Positions 1 to 9,446 of a stretch of 64,000 nucleotides of DNA are shown here, piece by piece. Each line of letters starts with the position of its first letter. Positions within the stretch are counted from its first letter, which is position 1. The stretch lies in assembly GCA_963837465.1 (NCBI GenBank), contig CAWINB010000001.1, forward strand, positions 369,929 to 433,928, read 5' to 3'. The stretch comes from Candidatus Doudnabacteria bacterium. GTDB taxonomy: Bacteria > Patescibacteriota > Doudnabacteria > UBA920. The position numbers and the translations under genes were made by a program. A model generated the notes under the pieces. The model worked only from the letters and a program-made list of their open reading frames with translations, ran no database searches and had not been told where the DNA came from.

Positions 1-222
1 GAGCCATACTTAAGCACGTTTGTTTTAATCCTTAAACAAGAAATTGATCGACGCTTACGAAAGCTGTATGATACCCAAAAGTGGTATGGTAACCAAAATT
101 GATTCCGCCGATTATGGTAACAGTTATTAATGAGCTATATCGCGACAAAGTAACCCTTAGCTTAATTCTTGCCTAGAGTGCTATAATTAAGGAAGTCAGA
201 CTTTATAATTAAATGAGAATCT

Positions 223-852
223 ATGAAAATTAAAAAAATAGGCCATTCGTGCCTGCTTATTAATGAGGGCGGCTTGAATATTTTAACCGATCCGGGAAGC
301 TATACCGCCGAAGCGGTTAAAGATTTAAAAGCTGTCGACGTTATTTTAATTTGCGACGAACATATGGACCATTTTGATGTTCCATCCATCCAGGCTTTGC
401 TGAAAAACAACCCGGAGGCGAAAATAATAACCCAAAAAGCGGTACAAAAACTGTTGACCGAAAAAGGCATAAAAAGCGATTTGCTTTTGGACAAAGAACA
501 GACGGAAATTAAAGGAGTAAAATTTGAAGGTTGCGGCCAAAAGCACGCGCTGCTGCACTCCTCCATTCCCCAGTCCGACAACACCGGCTACATAATCAGC
601 GACCGGTTCTTTTACCCCGGCGACGCCTTAACCATCCCCCACAAACAAATAGAAGTCCTGGCGCTGCCCGTAAGCGGCCCCTGGCTAAAAATGTCGGAGG
701 TCATTGATTACGTCCTGGCTGTTAAACCCGAATTCTGCTTCCCGGTACACGACGGCATGGCTAACAGCGCCTTTATGGCCAATATGATAGGCCGGATGGT
801 GGAAAAAGAAAACATAAAAATGGTGGCCGCCGATGGTGAGATGGAATTTTAA
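223..852 (+). CDS. MBL-fold metallo-hydrolase (beta-lactamase superfamily, UlaG-like)
   Basis: GHSCLLI...ILTDPG start, variant metal motif DEHMDH, FYPGD, PVHDG. Confidence 0.85.
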   Translation: MKIKKIGHSCLLINEGGLNILTDPGSYTAEAVKDLKAVDVILICDEHMDHFDVPSIQALLKNNPEAKIITQKAVQKLLTEKGIKSDLLLDKEQTEIKGVKFEGCGQKHALLHSSIPQSDNTGYIISDRFFYPGDALTIPHKQIEVLALPVSGPWLKMSEVIDYVLAVKPEFCFPVHDGMANSAFMANMIGRMVEKENIKMVAADGEMEF

Positions 853-1021
853 AGACCCGCGGTGTTATAATAAAAATATCCGATTGGGAGACAATCGAAG
901 ATTGGAGGCTGTATGACGGCCCAAAAACCGGGCCAAAAAGAAGAACCGGCAGTGATGCCGGTAGGAAACCAATGCGTGGGGCCCTGGGGGTTTATTTAGG
1001 GTCCGACTAACAAAAGAAGTT

Positions 1022-1468
1022 ATGATGGGGTCGTTATTTGAAATCATACTACCCTACGGAACTTCTTCCATAATAGCAGGCCTTGCCGCTGGCCTGCTGG
1101 AGAAATATCAGGCTGGCAAACTGGCGGCCATACTTTTGGAGTGGTTGGCGGAAAATTCCGCTTACTACATTACTGCTTGGTTTTGCAAACGCTTTAGGAT
1201 CATGGAACAAAAACAGGCCGACTCCGAAAAAGAGCCGCTGAAAGAAATGATCGTGGTTGAGGCGTTTGACATAATGGTTCGCTTGGGCCTGTTTTGGCTG
1301 GCCAGCGAACTGCCGGAGCGGCACAGAAGCCTGGGCGCTTTGGCGGCAACTTCAATGGCAGACATCAGCTTTATGATTACGCTGAAAAGGAGCCACCAGC
1401 TCCTTAAGATCTGCGAGGCTTGGTCAAACCGGCCTAGGCCGTTAGTTTTGCGCTTTGAGCCGGCTTAA
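1022..1468 (+). CDS. hypothetical, probably membrane-associated protein
   Basis: 148-aa ORF with hydrophobic stretches; followed by a terminator hairpin that the IS has split. Confidence 0.5.
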   Translation: MMGSLFEIILPYGTSSIIAGLAAGLLEKYQAGKLAAILLEWLAENSAYYITAWFCKRFRIMEQKQADSEKEPLKEMIVVEAFDIMVRLGLFWLASELPERHRSLGALAATSMADISFMITLKRSHQLLKICEAWSNRPRPLVLRFEPA

Positions 1469-1492
1469 GTGGCGCGAGGCGGTTTCCCCCAA

Positions 1493-2702
1493 GTTACCGT
1501 TCGGGAATCCGTTGTTAGTAATCGCTTTTTTCGAAAAAATTTATTTTGTTAATTCCTAAAGTTTTTAAAGTTTCAGGCCACAGGGCCTGTTTTTTAATGG
1601 TAAATTCCAGGGAGCAGTGTTTGTTTAAATATTTAAATTTTTTGTCGCAATCGGTAAAAGTCTTGCTGCGGCGCCGAATCATCCAGGCGTTAAGCCAGCG
1701 ATTTGCCGACTTAAAACTCTGGAAACCCTTGATGGTTTTAAGGCGGCCGTTTAAGTGGGAATTAAAAAGTTCTATGAGGTTGGTGTTGTTGGGACAGTCT
1801 TTGACTTTCAGGTAATTAAACAAGGCTTCGCGTCTACGCTTAACTTCCCAGATAATATCCTGGAGTTTGGGGCTGTGTTGGGCATGATTTCTTAAGACAT
1901 GCTCCAGTCCGGCGTCAATTTTTTCCTCATCCGCTCCTTCGGTAAACACATGGAGCTTAAGTGAATTAAAAAAGTGTCTGTAGCGCTCCTCGGTTTTAAC
2001 CCTAAGCACAGCGCGGATGTTTTCCAGGAAGTGGACATGGCAGAGCTGCAGCCGCGCGTAGGGAAAGACCTTGTTTAGAGCCTGTTTTATGCCTGCTCTG
2101 TCATCGGCGACAACTATTTTAAGGTTGTAGCCCAGGTCTTTTAGTTTCTGAAAGTACTGGGAGAAAGCCGCTTCGTCCTCAGAAAAGAACAATTCTCCGT
2201 GTAAAATATCGTGAGTCAGGTAATCAATGCCGAACAGGAATGGAATCTTCCGCTCAAAGCCTTTAACCGCGATGTATTTGCCGTCAAGGATTAAAATCCC
2301 CTGGCAGCGGGCCAAATCACAGAGGGTTTTGGTCAAAAAGTCGTTTTTTGGCAGCTGATCCAGCTCTGTGATGACGCGCGCGTAGGTCTGGGGCCCTGAC
2401 AGGGTGTTTTCATCGCCTAAGCGTCTAAAGCCCACGCCGTCAATATGCTCTATCCAAAGGTTGTGAGAATCCTGGCCGTGGTAAATGGAAAAGGTGCGCT
2501 TACAAAAATGGCAGAGGTAGCGATGACTCTTGCCATCCTTACCAAATTTAATTGTTTTTAAACTGCTGCAATGTGGACAAACATGGCGACGTTTTTTTTG
2601 GCATGACTAGATTCCTTTCTTAGTTAACTGGTTAAACCTTGGTTTTATCGCTTAAGCTTAACAGGAACATCTGATTTCACCAACGGATTTCCGAACGGTA
2701 TC
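1493..2702 (-). mobile_element. IS256 (Mutator)-family-like insertion sequence, 1,210 bp
   Basis: 22-bp terminal inverted repeats (1493-1514 GTTACCGTTCGGGAATCCGTTG and 2681-2702, 2 mismatches); 9-bp target duplication TTCCCCCAA at 1484-1492 and 2703-2711; encloses a transposase. Confidence 0.9.
1515..2604 (-). CDS. DDE transposase (IS256-like) with N-terminal zinc ribbon; 1-nt frameshift in an A8 run just after the ATG
   Basis: LDGKY, VVADD, QLCHVHF (CxxH) and TNLIELFN motifs. Upstream of the ORF-track start the same frame reads RRHVCPHCSS...YLCHFCKRTF; ATG at 2604 is out of frame by one base. Confidence 0.85.
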
Positions 2703-2765
2703 TTCCCCCAAACCGCCTCGGATTTTAATTTTAAATCCATATAAATTTATTTTTCAGACAAACTA

Positions 2766-2804
2766 AAACTCCGTCCCTCGACTTCGCTCGGGACGGAGTT
2801 TTTT
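2766..2804. terminator. bidirectional intrinsic terminator
   Basis: AAAACTCCGTCCC...GGGACGGAGTTTTTT hairpin downstream of the minus-strand DUF5666-like gene. Confidence 0.75.
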
Positions 2805-2824
2805 GGCACAATCAATAAAAATGT

Positions 2825-4226
2825 TTACTGACCGCCGCTAGTAACGGAAACCGCCGTGGAAGTTGAGTTATAAGTCCTGGAAAGATCCTGGACTATGGTT
2901 GCGGTAAGGTTGGTTGAACCGGAAACAGCCGAACCCCAAACTTTTACCTGGTCATTGACCTGGAAGTTGGAAAGGCTGCCGCTGTGGCCGTGTTCAAACC
3001 TGACCCTGGCTTTGCCGGCATCCACGCTGTAGCTGGTGCTGCTGGCGTTAACGACAGTTAAACTAGTACCGCTAATCGCCTGGAGCGCTCCGGTTACCGT
3101 CATAGAAGAAACTTTAATGGTAACGCGTGTCGCCGTAATGTTGCTGTTGGTCCTGTCCCAAACTCCGCTGACAGTTACGGTTTGTCCCGCTGCCACCGCG
3201 GACAGGCTGGAAGTTTGCGAGCCCTGTTTAAAGACAGTCGCGCTTGTGGTATTTACAGTCTGGCTGCCGCGGTCTTTGCTTTGCAAAGTAAAACTGGATC
3301 CGTTAACCGCGGTGACCGTGCCCACAAAGGTGCCCGGAACGCGCCTGAAGCGACATATCGCGGACTGTGGAAGCGGTAACGTTGTCGCCGTTAACCAGGC
3401 CGCGAACCTGCAAACTATCGCCAACCTGCAATTCGCTTAAAGTGGTGGAAGCGCCGTAGCGGCGGGCGATCTTTTTAACGCTGGAAGCGTCCACCGTGTA
3501 AGTGGTGGAACTGGTGCCGGAAGAAGTAACGGTTAAGGTCGTGCCGGAAATGGATGTCAAGGTGCCGGTTATGGTTTCGGTCTTTACCACTATAGTGACA
3601 ACGGAAGCGGCAACCGTACTGGCGGTGCTGTCCCAGACACCGGAAACGTCCACATTTTCACCGGTGGTTATATTGCTCATGCTGACGGATGTTTGTCCGA
3701 GTTCCTTAAAAGTAGTTGAAGAATCGGTATTTACAGTCTGGGCGCCGCGATTTTTGCTGGCTAACACAAAACTACCGCCGTTGACCGAGCTGACCGAACC
3801 GCTGAAGCTGGCATTCTTTTGCTGCTGCGACATATCGCGAATGCTTGTGGCGGTAATGTTGGTACCCGAAACCGCACCCTGTACGTTAAGCGTATCGCCG
3901 GTTTGAATGTCGGTAATGGCCATAGTTGAACCGTACTTGCGCAAAAACTTGGCGCCCGAAGCGTCCACGCTGTAGCTGGTGCCATTGCTGCCGGTCAAGG
4001 TTATGGTCGTACCGCTGGCTGAAGCCATCGTCCCTGTTACAACTTTGTGGACAGCGGCTTGATCGCTGTGCTTTAGGCTCATCATCGTGCTGCTGGAGTC
4101 TGTGCCCATGCGCGTATCACGCATTTCCATCATGGATTTCATGCTGGCGCCGCCGGCCGCAAACGCCAAAGCCGGGACGAGCATGGAACCGGCCAACATT
4201 AAGGCAAAAAATTTCTTTAAGTTCAT
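2825..4226 (-). CDS. secreted Ser/Thr-rich repeat protein (DUF5666-like OB-fold repeats), ~466 aa, one frameshift near 3333-3335
   Basis: Signal peptide MNLKKFFALMLAG; repeated GTxxxxSGxxxTL...YxVDAS...GDxxxVxG units. ORFs 3303..4226 and 2825..3424 join if one C in GCCCGG is removed (1,401 nt). Confidence 0.75.
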
Positions 4227-4434
4227 TTTTATTGTTTCCTTTTGTTATTTTATTAATTATTTTTAAACTTTATATTGTGTGCTTTGACTAGTCGACCTTT
4301 AATTATTGCCGCTATAATTTAAAACGTCTGTGTTTGATAAAAGTTTCAGCCTTATGAATATAGCAGAAATAGCGCTTATTTTGAAGTTACGGAAATTTAG
4401 GCTAGAATAAAAGTATTATTTAAGTAATCCACGT

Positions 4435-5163
4435 ATGGATAAAATCCCGGGCACAAAATTTGAGATTTATAAAGCCCCAGGCCCGCGGGCGGCAGCGGCC
4501 GAAGGCGGGGAAATTTTAAGCGGGCTTTTGGCTCAAAACCAAAAACGCCCTGTTTTATTAATGCTTTCAGCAGCATCTTCCTTGGCTTTACTGGATTACG
4601 TCGGCATGTCATCTTTAGGGGAAAATTTAACTGTTTCGATGCTGGATGAACGTTTTAGCCAGGATGAAGCCGTAAATAATTTTTCCCAGTTGCAAAAAGT
4701 GGAATTTTATAAAGATGCCTTAAACGCGGGCTCTAATTTTTTTGGCACTCTCCCCCGTCCCGGAGAAACCATGCAAGAGCTGGCCGCCAGGTGGGAAAAA
4801 AATTTACGGGCGTGGAAACAAGAAAACCCTACCGGTTTGATTATGGCGACTTTAGGCATGGGACCCGACGGCCACACCGCCGGAATTTTTCAGTTTGACG
4901 ATAAAAAAGAATTTGACGGTTTATTTAATGGCGAAAGCTGGATAACCGGTTATGACGCTGCCGGCAAACATCAGTATAATCTCCGGATAACCACGACCCT
5001 GACTTTTTTAAAACTTATTGATATCGGCCTAGGCTACGTCTGCGGCTTGGATAAAAAAAACAAGCTTGATGAGCTTGTTGCAAACCAATCATTAGTAAAT
5101 AAATTTCCGGCGATGTTCTGGCGCGAAATAAAACAAATAAAAATTTTTACTGATTTAGAATAA
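4435..5163 (+). CDS. pgl: 6-phosphogluconolactonase-like protein (glucosamine-6-P isomerase fold)
   Basis: DERF and LGMGPDGHTAGIF motifs, RITTT. Confidence 0.7.
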   Translation: MDKIPGTKFEIYKAPGPRAAAAEGGEILSGLLAQNQKRPVLLMLSAASSLALLDYVGMSSLGENLTVSMLDERFSQDEAVNNFSQLQKVEFYKDALNAGSNFFGTLPRPGETMQELAARWEKNLRAWKQENPTGLIMATLGMGPDGHTAGIFQFDDKKEFDGLFNGESWITGYDAAGKHQYNLRITTTLTFLKLIDIGLGYVCGLDKKNKLDELVANQSLVNKFPAMFWREIKQIKIFTDLE

Positions 5164-5185
5164 AAATACTTGGCCACTCGACACC

Positions 5186-5290
5186 ATGTGTCCATCCCGG
5201 GCGAGCGCATCCGAGACCCGGGATCCAGATCGCCGCTTTGCTCTGGATCCGGATATTTTTACAGCCCTAAAAATTCCGGGTGGGCGCATG
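5186..5290. repeat. REP-like palindromic element; inverted partial copy at 15346-15392
   Basis: CTGGATCCGGATATTTTTTACAGCCCTAAAAATTCCGGG is the reverse complement of CCCGGAATTTTTTAGGGCTGTAAAAAATATCCGGAATCCAG near 15352-15392. Confidence 0.75.
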
Positions 5291-5312
5291 GCGCTACCCA
5301 AACAAATAACTC

Positions 5313-6641
5313 TCAAGGTTTAAAGCTGTTTACAATAGCGTCAAATTCCTTATTTGTAATCATCTTGTGCTTTTCCACAATCACCTGCCTCAGCGTTTGG
5401 CCCGAAGCCACGGCTTCCTTTACGCATTTACTTACTTCTTCATAGCCCAGTTTTGGGGTCAGTAAAACCCCGTAAGCAGTGGAAAGTTCCAACAACTCCC
5501 CGCAGCGTTCTTTGTTGGCTTTAATGGAAACCACGCAGGTCTTGGTAAATTGCTGTAAAACCTCGCTGGTCAGTTTTAATGTTTGCAGCAGGCGGTCGGC
5601 AATGGTCGGGAACATAACGCCCAGTTCCAGCTGCGCGGCGTGGGCGGCGTGTTCAATGGTTAAATTATTGCCGGAAATTAAATAATAAAGCTGGTTTACT
5701 GTTTCCGGCATAACCGGATTTACTTTGCCGGGCATTATGGACGAACCGTTTTGCAGTTCCTTTAAGCTGATTTCCCCCAAGCCGCCCCGCGGACCGCTGG
5801 CCAGCAGCCTAAAATCACTGGCCATTTTTGAACAGTCCAGGCACAGCGCCGTTACTGCCTGGGAAATAGCCAGAAAATCGGTCTGACTGCTGGTGTGGGC
5901 CATTAAATTTTTCGCCGGCGAAAAACGCTGGCCGGTAATTTTATTCAATTCCCTGTAAACGATTTTAATGTATACGGGGCTGGCGTTTACGGAATTGCCC
6001 AGCGCCGTGCCTCCCAGGCTCAAAATCTGGCTGTAATAAACCGCGCGGTTTATTTTTTCCTGGTGCCAGCGGATAATCTGGGAATAGGAAGCAAATTCCG
6101 CGCCCAAAGTCGTGGGAGCCGCGTCCTGCAAGTGAGTGCGGCCCAGCTTAACCACATCTTTAAAACCGCGGGCTTTGTCCTCCAGCGCTTTGGCCAAATT
6201 TTCCAGTGTCCCCTGCAGTTCCTGGGTCAGTTTCAATGACGCCACTTTTATGGCCGAAGGGTTGACATCGTTCGTAGACTGGCTGCGGTTAACATGGTCG
6301 TTGGGATGGACTGTAATATTTTGTCCGGCTTTTTTTAAAATTTCCGTGGCCCTGCCGGCTATAACCTCGTTGACATTCATGTTTATGGATGTCCCGGCCC
6401 CGCCCTGCAGCGCGCGCAAAGGGAACTGGTCCTTATAGCCGCCGGCCAAAACATTATCGCAGGCTTTTACAATGGCGTTTTTTATCCCGCGGCTAAAATT
6501 GCCGGCTTCAAAATTAGCCGCGGCGGCCGCGCGTTTGATTTGCACCAAAGCGAAAATAAACTCCTTGTGGACTTTGTAAACGTGGAAAGGAAAATTCTTG
6601 ACGGCTTTTTCGGTTTGCGGCCCGTAGTATTTTTTACGCAT
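5313..6641 (-). CDS. aspA: aspartate ammonia-lyase / class II fumarase family
   Basis: YYGPQT, QGGAGTSINMNVNEV, GRTHLQDA and GSSIMPGKVNPVMPE signature; more AspA-like than FumC-like. Confidence 0.8.
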   Translation of the reverse strand: MRKKYYGPQTEKAVKNFPFHVYKVHKEFIFALVQIKRAAAAANFEAGNFSRGIKNAIVKACDNVLAGGYKDQFPLRALQGGAGTSINMNVNEVIAGRATEILKKAGQNITVHPNDHVNRSQSTNDVNPSAIKVASLKLTQELQGTLENLAKALEDKARGFKDVVKLGRTHLQDAAPTTLGAEFASYSQIIRWHQEKINRAVYYSQILSLGGTALGNSVNASPVYIKIVYRELNKITGQRFSPAKNLMAHTSSQTDFLAISQAVTALCLDCSKMASDFRLLASGPRGGLGEISLKELQNGSSIMPGKVNPVMPETVNQLYYLISGNNLTIEHAAHAAQLELGVMFPTIADRLLQTLKLTSEVLQQFTKTCVVSIKANKERCGELLELSTAYGVLLTPKLGYEEVSKCVKEAVASGQTLRQVIVEKHKMITNKEFDAIVNSFKP

Positions 6642-6687
6642 AAATTATTTTTTGGATATCGAGAAGTTACCGTATCAATTTAGTTTT

Positions 6688-6746
6688 GTAGGGGCTGGCT
6701 AAAGCCAGCCCGCTTTCTGTCGACGGGCGGGCAAGCCCAGCCCTTA
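6688..6746. repeat. GTAG-type REP-like palindrome pair
   Basis: GTAGGGGCTGGCTAAAGCCAGCCC...GGGCGGGCAAGCCCAGCCCTTAC. Confidence 0.65.
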
Positions 6747-8030
6747 CAAAGCCTTATCTGTCTTATACATGTTTAACTGTAAATTTCCCGGGCCGCCCAA
6801 GGACAGCACTTCTTTAATGGCTTTGACCGGATTTTGGACTTTAAGCTTGTGGATATTTTCCTTAACGTGCTGGTAAGCGTCCCTAAACGGCATCCCCTCT
6901 TTAACCAGGCGGTTGGCTTCGTGGACCGCGAAAAACTCCGGCGCCAAAGACTTCATCAGCACGGGCTTGTTGGGTTTTATCCCGGACATCACCAGAGCCA
7001 CAACCTCCAGGCTGCGGCGCGCTATACCCATGCCTTTTATCAGCGGCTCTTTGGTCAGCTGGGTATCGCGATTATAACCCGAAATTAAATTTTTGGAAAT
7101 ATCCTTAACCTGGGTCTGCAGCGCCACTATGACATTCACGTTGCTGCGCACAATTTCAAAAATATCGGGATTGCGCTTTTGCGGCATTATGGAAGAGCCG
7201 GTGGTAAATTCCGGAGGCAGATGGAAAAAATTATATTCCGGCGTGGTAAACCAAATCATCTCGTTGGCCAGCCTGCCCAGAGTCATCATAATTTTGGTTA
7301 AAACGGAAAGGATATAGCTTTCCGTGGTGCCGCGGCTGTTAACGCAGTAGAGCGAATTAACCTGGACGCGTTTAAAGCCCAAAAGTTTTGTGGTCAGATT
7401 TCGGTCCAGCGGCATGTTAACGCCAAAACCGGCCGCCGCGCCCATGGGATTTTGGTCGTTCAGCCAGTAAGCGGTTTCCAAAAGTTTGTGGTCGTTGGTC
7501 AGCTCTTCAAAATAAGCCGCGGCCCAGTGGCCCACGCTGGAGGGCATGGCGCGGCGGGTGTGGGTGTAGCCGGGCATGGGGATAAACTCGTAGCGTTTGG
7601 CCATAGCCAAAAAAACTTTTTCCAGTTTTATTAATTCCGCGCTAATCTGCTTTATTTTTTTGCGGCTGTACAGGCGGGTGGCCACCAAGACCTGGTCGTT
7701 ACGCGAGCGGCAGGTATGGATTTTTTTGCCCAAATCCCCCAGCTTTTCCACCAAGTGGCCTTCTATGGCCGTATGGCAGTCTTCGTCGGATTGTTTAATT
7801 ACAAACTTGCCGTCCTGGCGCAATTTCAAAATCTCGTTTAAAGCTTTGCTTAACTTTGCGTACTCGGCCTTGGTTAAAATCTTAGCCTTTACCAAAGCCG
7901 CCGCGTGGGCTTTACTGGCCTGGATATCAAAAGGCAGCAGGCGCATGTCCAAAATATAATCATTGCCTACTGTGTATTTTTCCACGAGAGGATGAAGTTT
8001 GGTGGATTTGGTTTGCCAAAGTTTTGCCAT
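6744..8030 (-). CDS. argH: argininosuccinate lyase
   Basis: EDCHTAIE, HTCRSRNDQV, MPGYTH, GSSIMPQKRNPD, GYNRD. Confidence 0.93.
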   Translation of the reverse strand: MAKLWQTKSTKLHPLVEKYTVGNDYILDMRLLPFDIQASKAHAAALVKAKILTKAEYAKLSKALNEILKLRQDGKFVIKQSDEDCHTAIEGHLVEKLGDLGKKIHTCRSRNDQVLVATRLYSRKKIKQISAELIKLEKVFLAMAKRYEFIPMPGYTHTRRAMPSSVGHWAAAYFEELTNDHKLLETAYWLNDQNPMGAAAGFGVNMPLDRNLTTKLLGFKRVQVNSLYCVNSRGTTESYILSVLTKIMMTLGRLANEMIWFTTPEYNFFHLPPEFTTGSSIMPQKRNPDIFEIVRSNVNVIVALQTQVKDISKNLISGYNRDTQLTKEPLIKGMGIARRSLEVVALVMSGIKPNKPVLMKSLAPEFFAVHEANRLVKEGMPFRDAYQHVKENIHKLKVQNPVKAIKEVLSLGGPGNLQLNMYKTDKAL

Positions 8031-8112
8031 AAAAGTTAGCCGTTAGCGTTTAGCATCTAGTGTATAGGGTTTAGTCACTAGACGCTAAACGCTATACCCT
8101 TTACGCTATTTA

Positions 8113-9093
8113 CTATTTAATTGATAAAAGTTTTTTTCCGTTAATTGACGCTATGTCAGCCAATTTTTCAAAATCATAAAACCTGCAGGCTTCCATTAAC
8201 ATACGAAGCTCTATCCACATATCACCGTCCACGAACGGCAGGTAAAAATCACAAACATTATCTACTCCCAAACCCACATTAATGCCGGCCTGGAGCATCT
8301 CGGGCACATTAGCTATAGAATTATGCATTGGACTTACACTGTCTTCAAACATGACCTGAGAAAGCATGGCCGAAGGCGAGCAGGCTACGTGCATGCCCAC
8401 ATCGGCCATTTTTTTGTAAAGGTCCGTTCTATAAGCTTTGGGTTGGGCAGAGGGAGAAACCGCGTGAACAGCGACTACCCGGCCCTGATAGCCGTGTTTG
8501 ATAGTGGCATTGACCAATTTTTCAGTATCGAATTCGTCGTGACGGTTCAGTTGGTCTATATGCGCGTGAATAGGCTTGTTTAAATTTTTTGCGATGCTGA
8601 ACATCACGTCCATATTTTCTTCCTGGCGGGGACGATCCTTAGATGGCAAACCGCCTGCTATGTCGGCTTTGGCAGTAATTTCTTCATAAAGCTTTTGCGC
8701 TTGCGGAGTAAGCAGTCCGTCCAAAGGCTGAGTCGCTATCACAACCTTGATTTTTCCTTCGAACTCTTTTCTGACTTTTAGCGCGGCATTTATGGATTTA
8801 TGGCCAACGGCACTGTAAGCATCAACAAAAGTCATGGTAAACCGGCACCCTTGGGCCACTAAAATATTGAGGCCGGTTCTAATACGCTCTTCAATTTGTT
8901 CCTGAGTTGAGTTAATTTTGATATCATCGCTCAAGCGCCATTTTTCTTCCATGGTAAATTTCATGCTTTGATCCAAGGTCTCTTTGCTAATATAAAACGC
9001 CTTGTCAAAATGCGCGTGGCAGTTTACAAAACCGCCTTTTTGTTTTATGGCTTCCAGTAGTTGTGATTTTAGGTCCCAGGGGTGGTTTGTCAT
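8113..9093 (-). CDS. metal-dependent amidohydrolase (cytosine-deaminase-like)
   Basis: FVNCHAHFDK (HxH), HAHID, VHAVS, GVDNVCD motifs. Confidence 0.8.
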   Translation of the reverse strand: MTNHPWDLKSQLLEAIKQKGGFVNCHAHFDKAFYISKETLDQSMKFTMEEKWRLSDDIKINSTQEQIEERIRTGLNILVAQGCRFTMTFVDAYSAVGHKSINAALKVRKEFEGKIKVVIATQPLDGLLTPQAQKLYEEITAKADIAGGLPSKDRPRQEENMDVMFSIAKNLNKPIHAHIDQLNRHDEFDTEKLVNATIKHGYQGRVVAVHAVSPSAQPKAYRTDLYKKMADVGMHVACSPSAMLSQVMFEDSVSPMHNSIANVPEMLQAGINVGLGVDNVCDFYLPFVDGDMWIELRMLMEACRFYDFEKLADIASINGKKLLSIK

Positions 9094-9446
9094 TTTTGGT
9101 TTGAGGTTAATGGTAAAAATTTTTGCGTTAATTTATTTAGAATCTATTTTAAAAATAGGTTCTTAGGTTATCCGCCGTCGCCAAGGCTATGGCGGATTGC
9201 CCTCTATATAATAATTATAATATCGTGGGCAAAAAAATAACCCCATAGCCTGCGCGGGCTTGGGGCTTGAAACTGTAAAATTGTGGTGGATAAATTTATC
9301 GGGCATTGGATTGTTTGTTTATTATCCAGTATAAGATATCAGAGCCATAAATAGCCGTCAAGCCCATTTGAATTTTACCGCGAATTGGAATATGATAGAA
9401 GCATAGGAAGCTTCCCTCAAAGACAGCCTTGGAGGGGATTTATAAA

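Noticed and set aside
9400-9446. Mn-sensing yybP-ykoY riboswitch before the NRAMP gene
   Set aside because: Only one hairpin (TTCCCTCAA…TTGGAGGGGA) is visible and I could not find the conserved riboswitch core.
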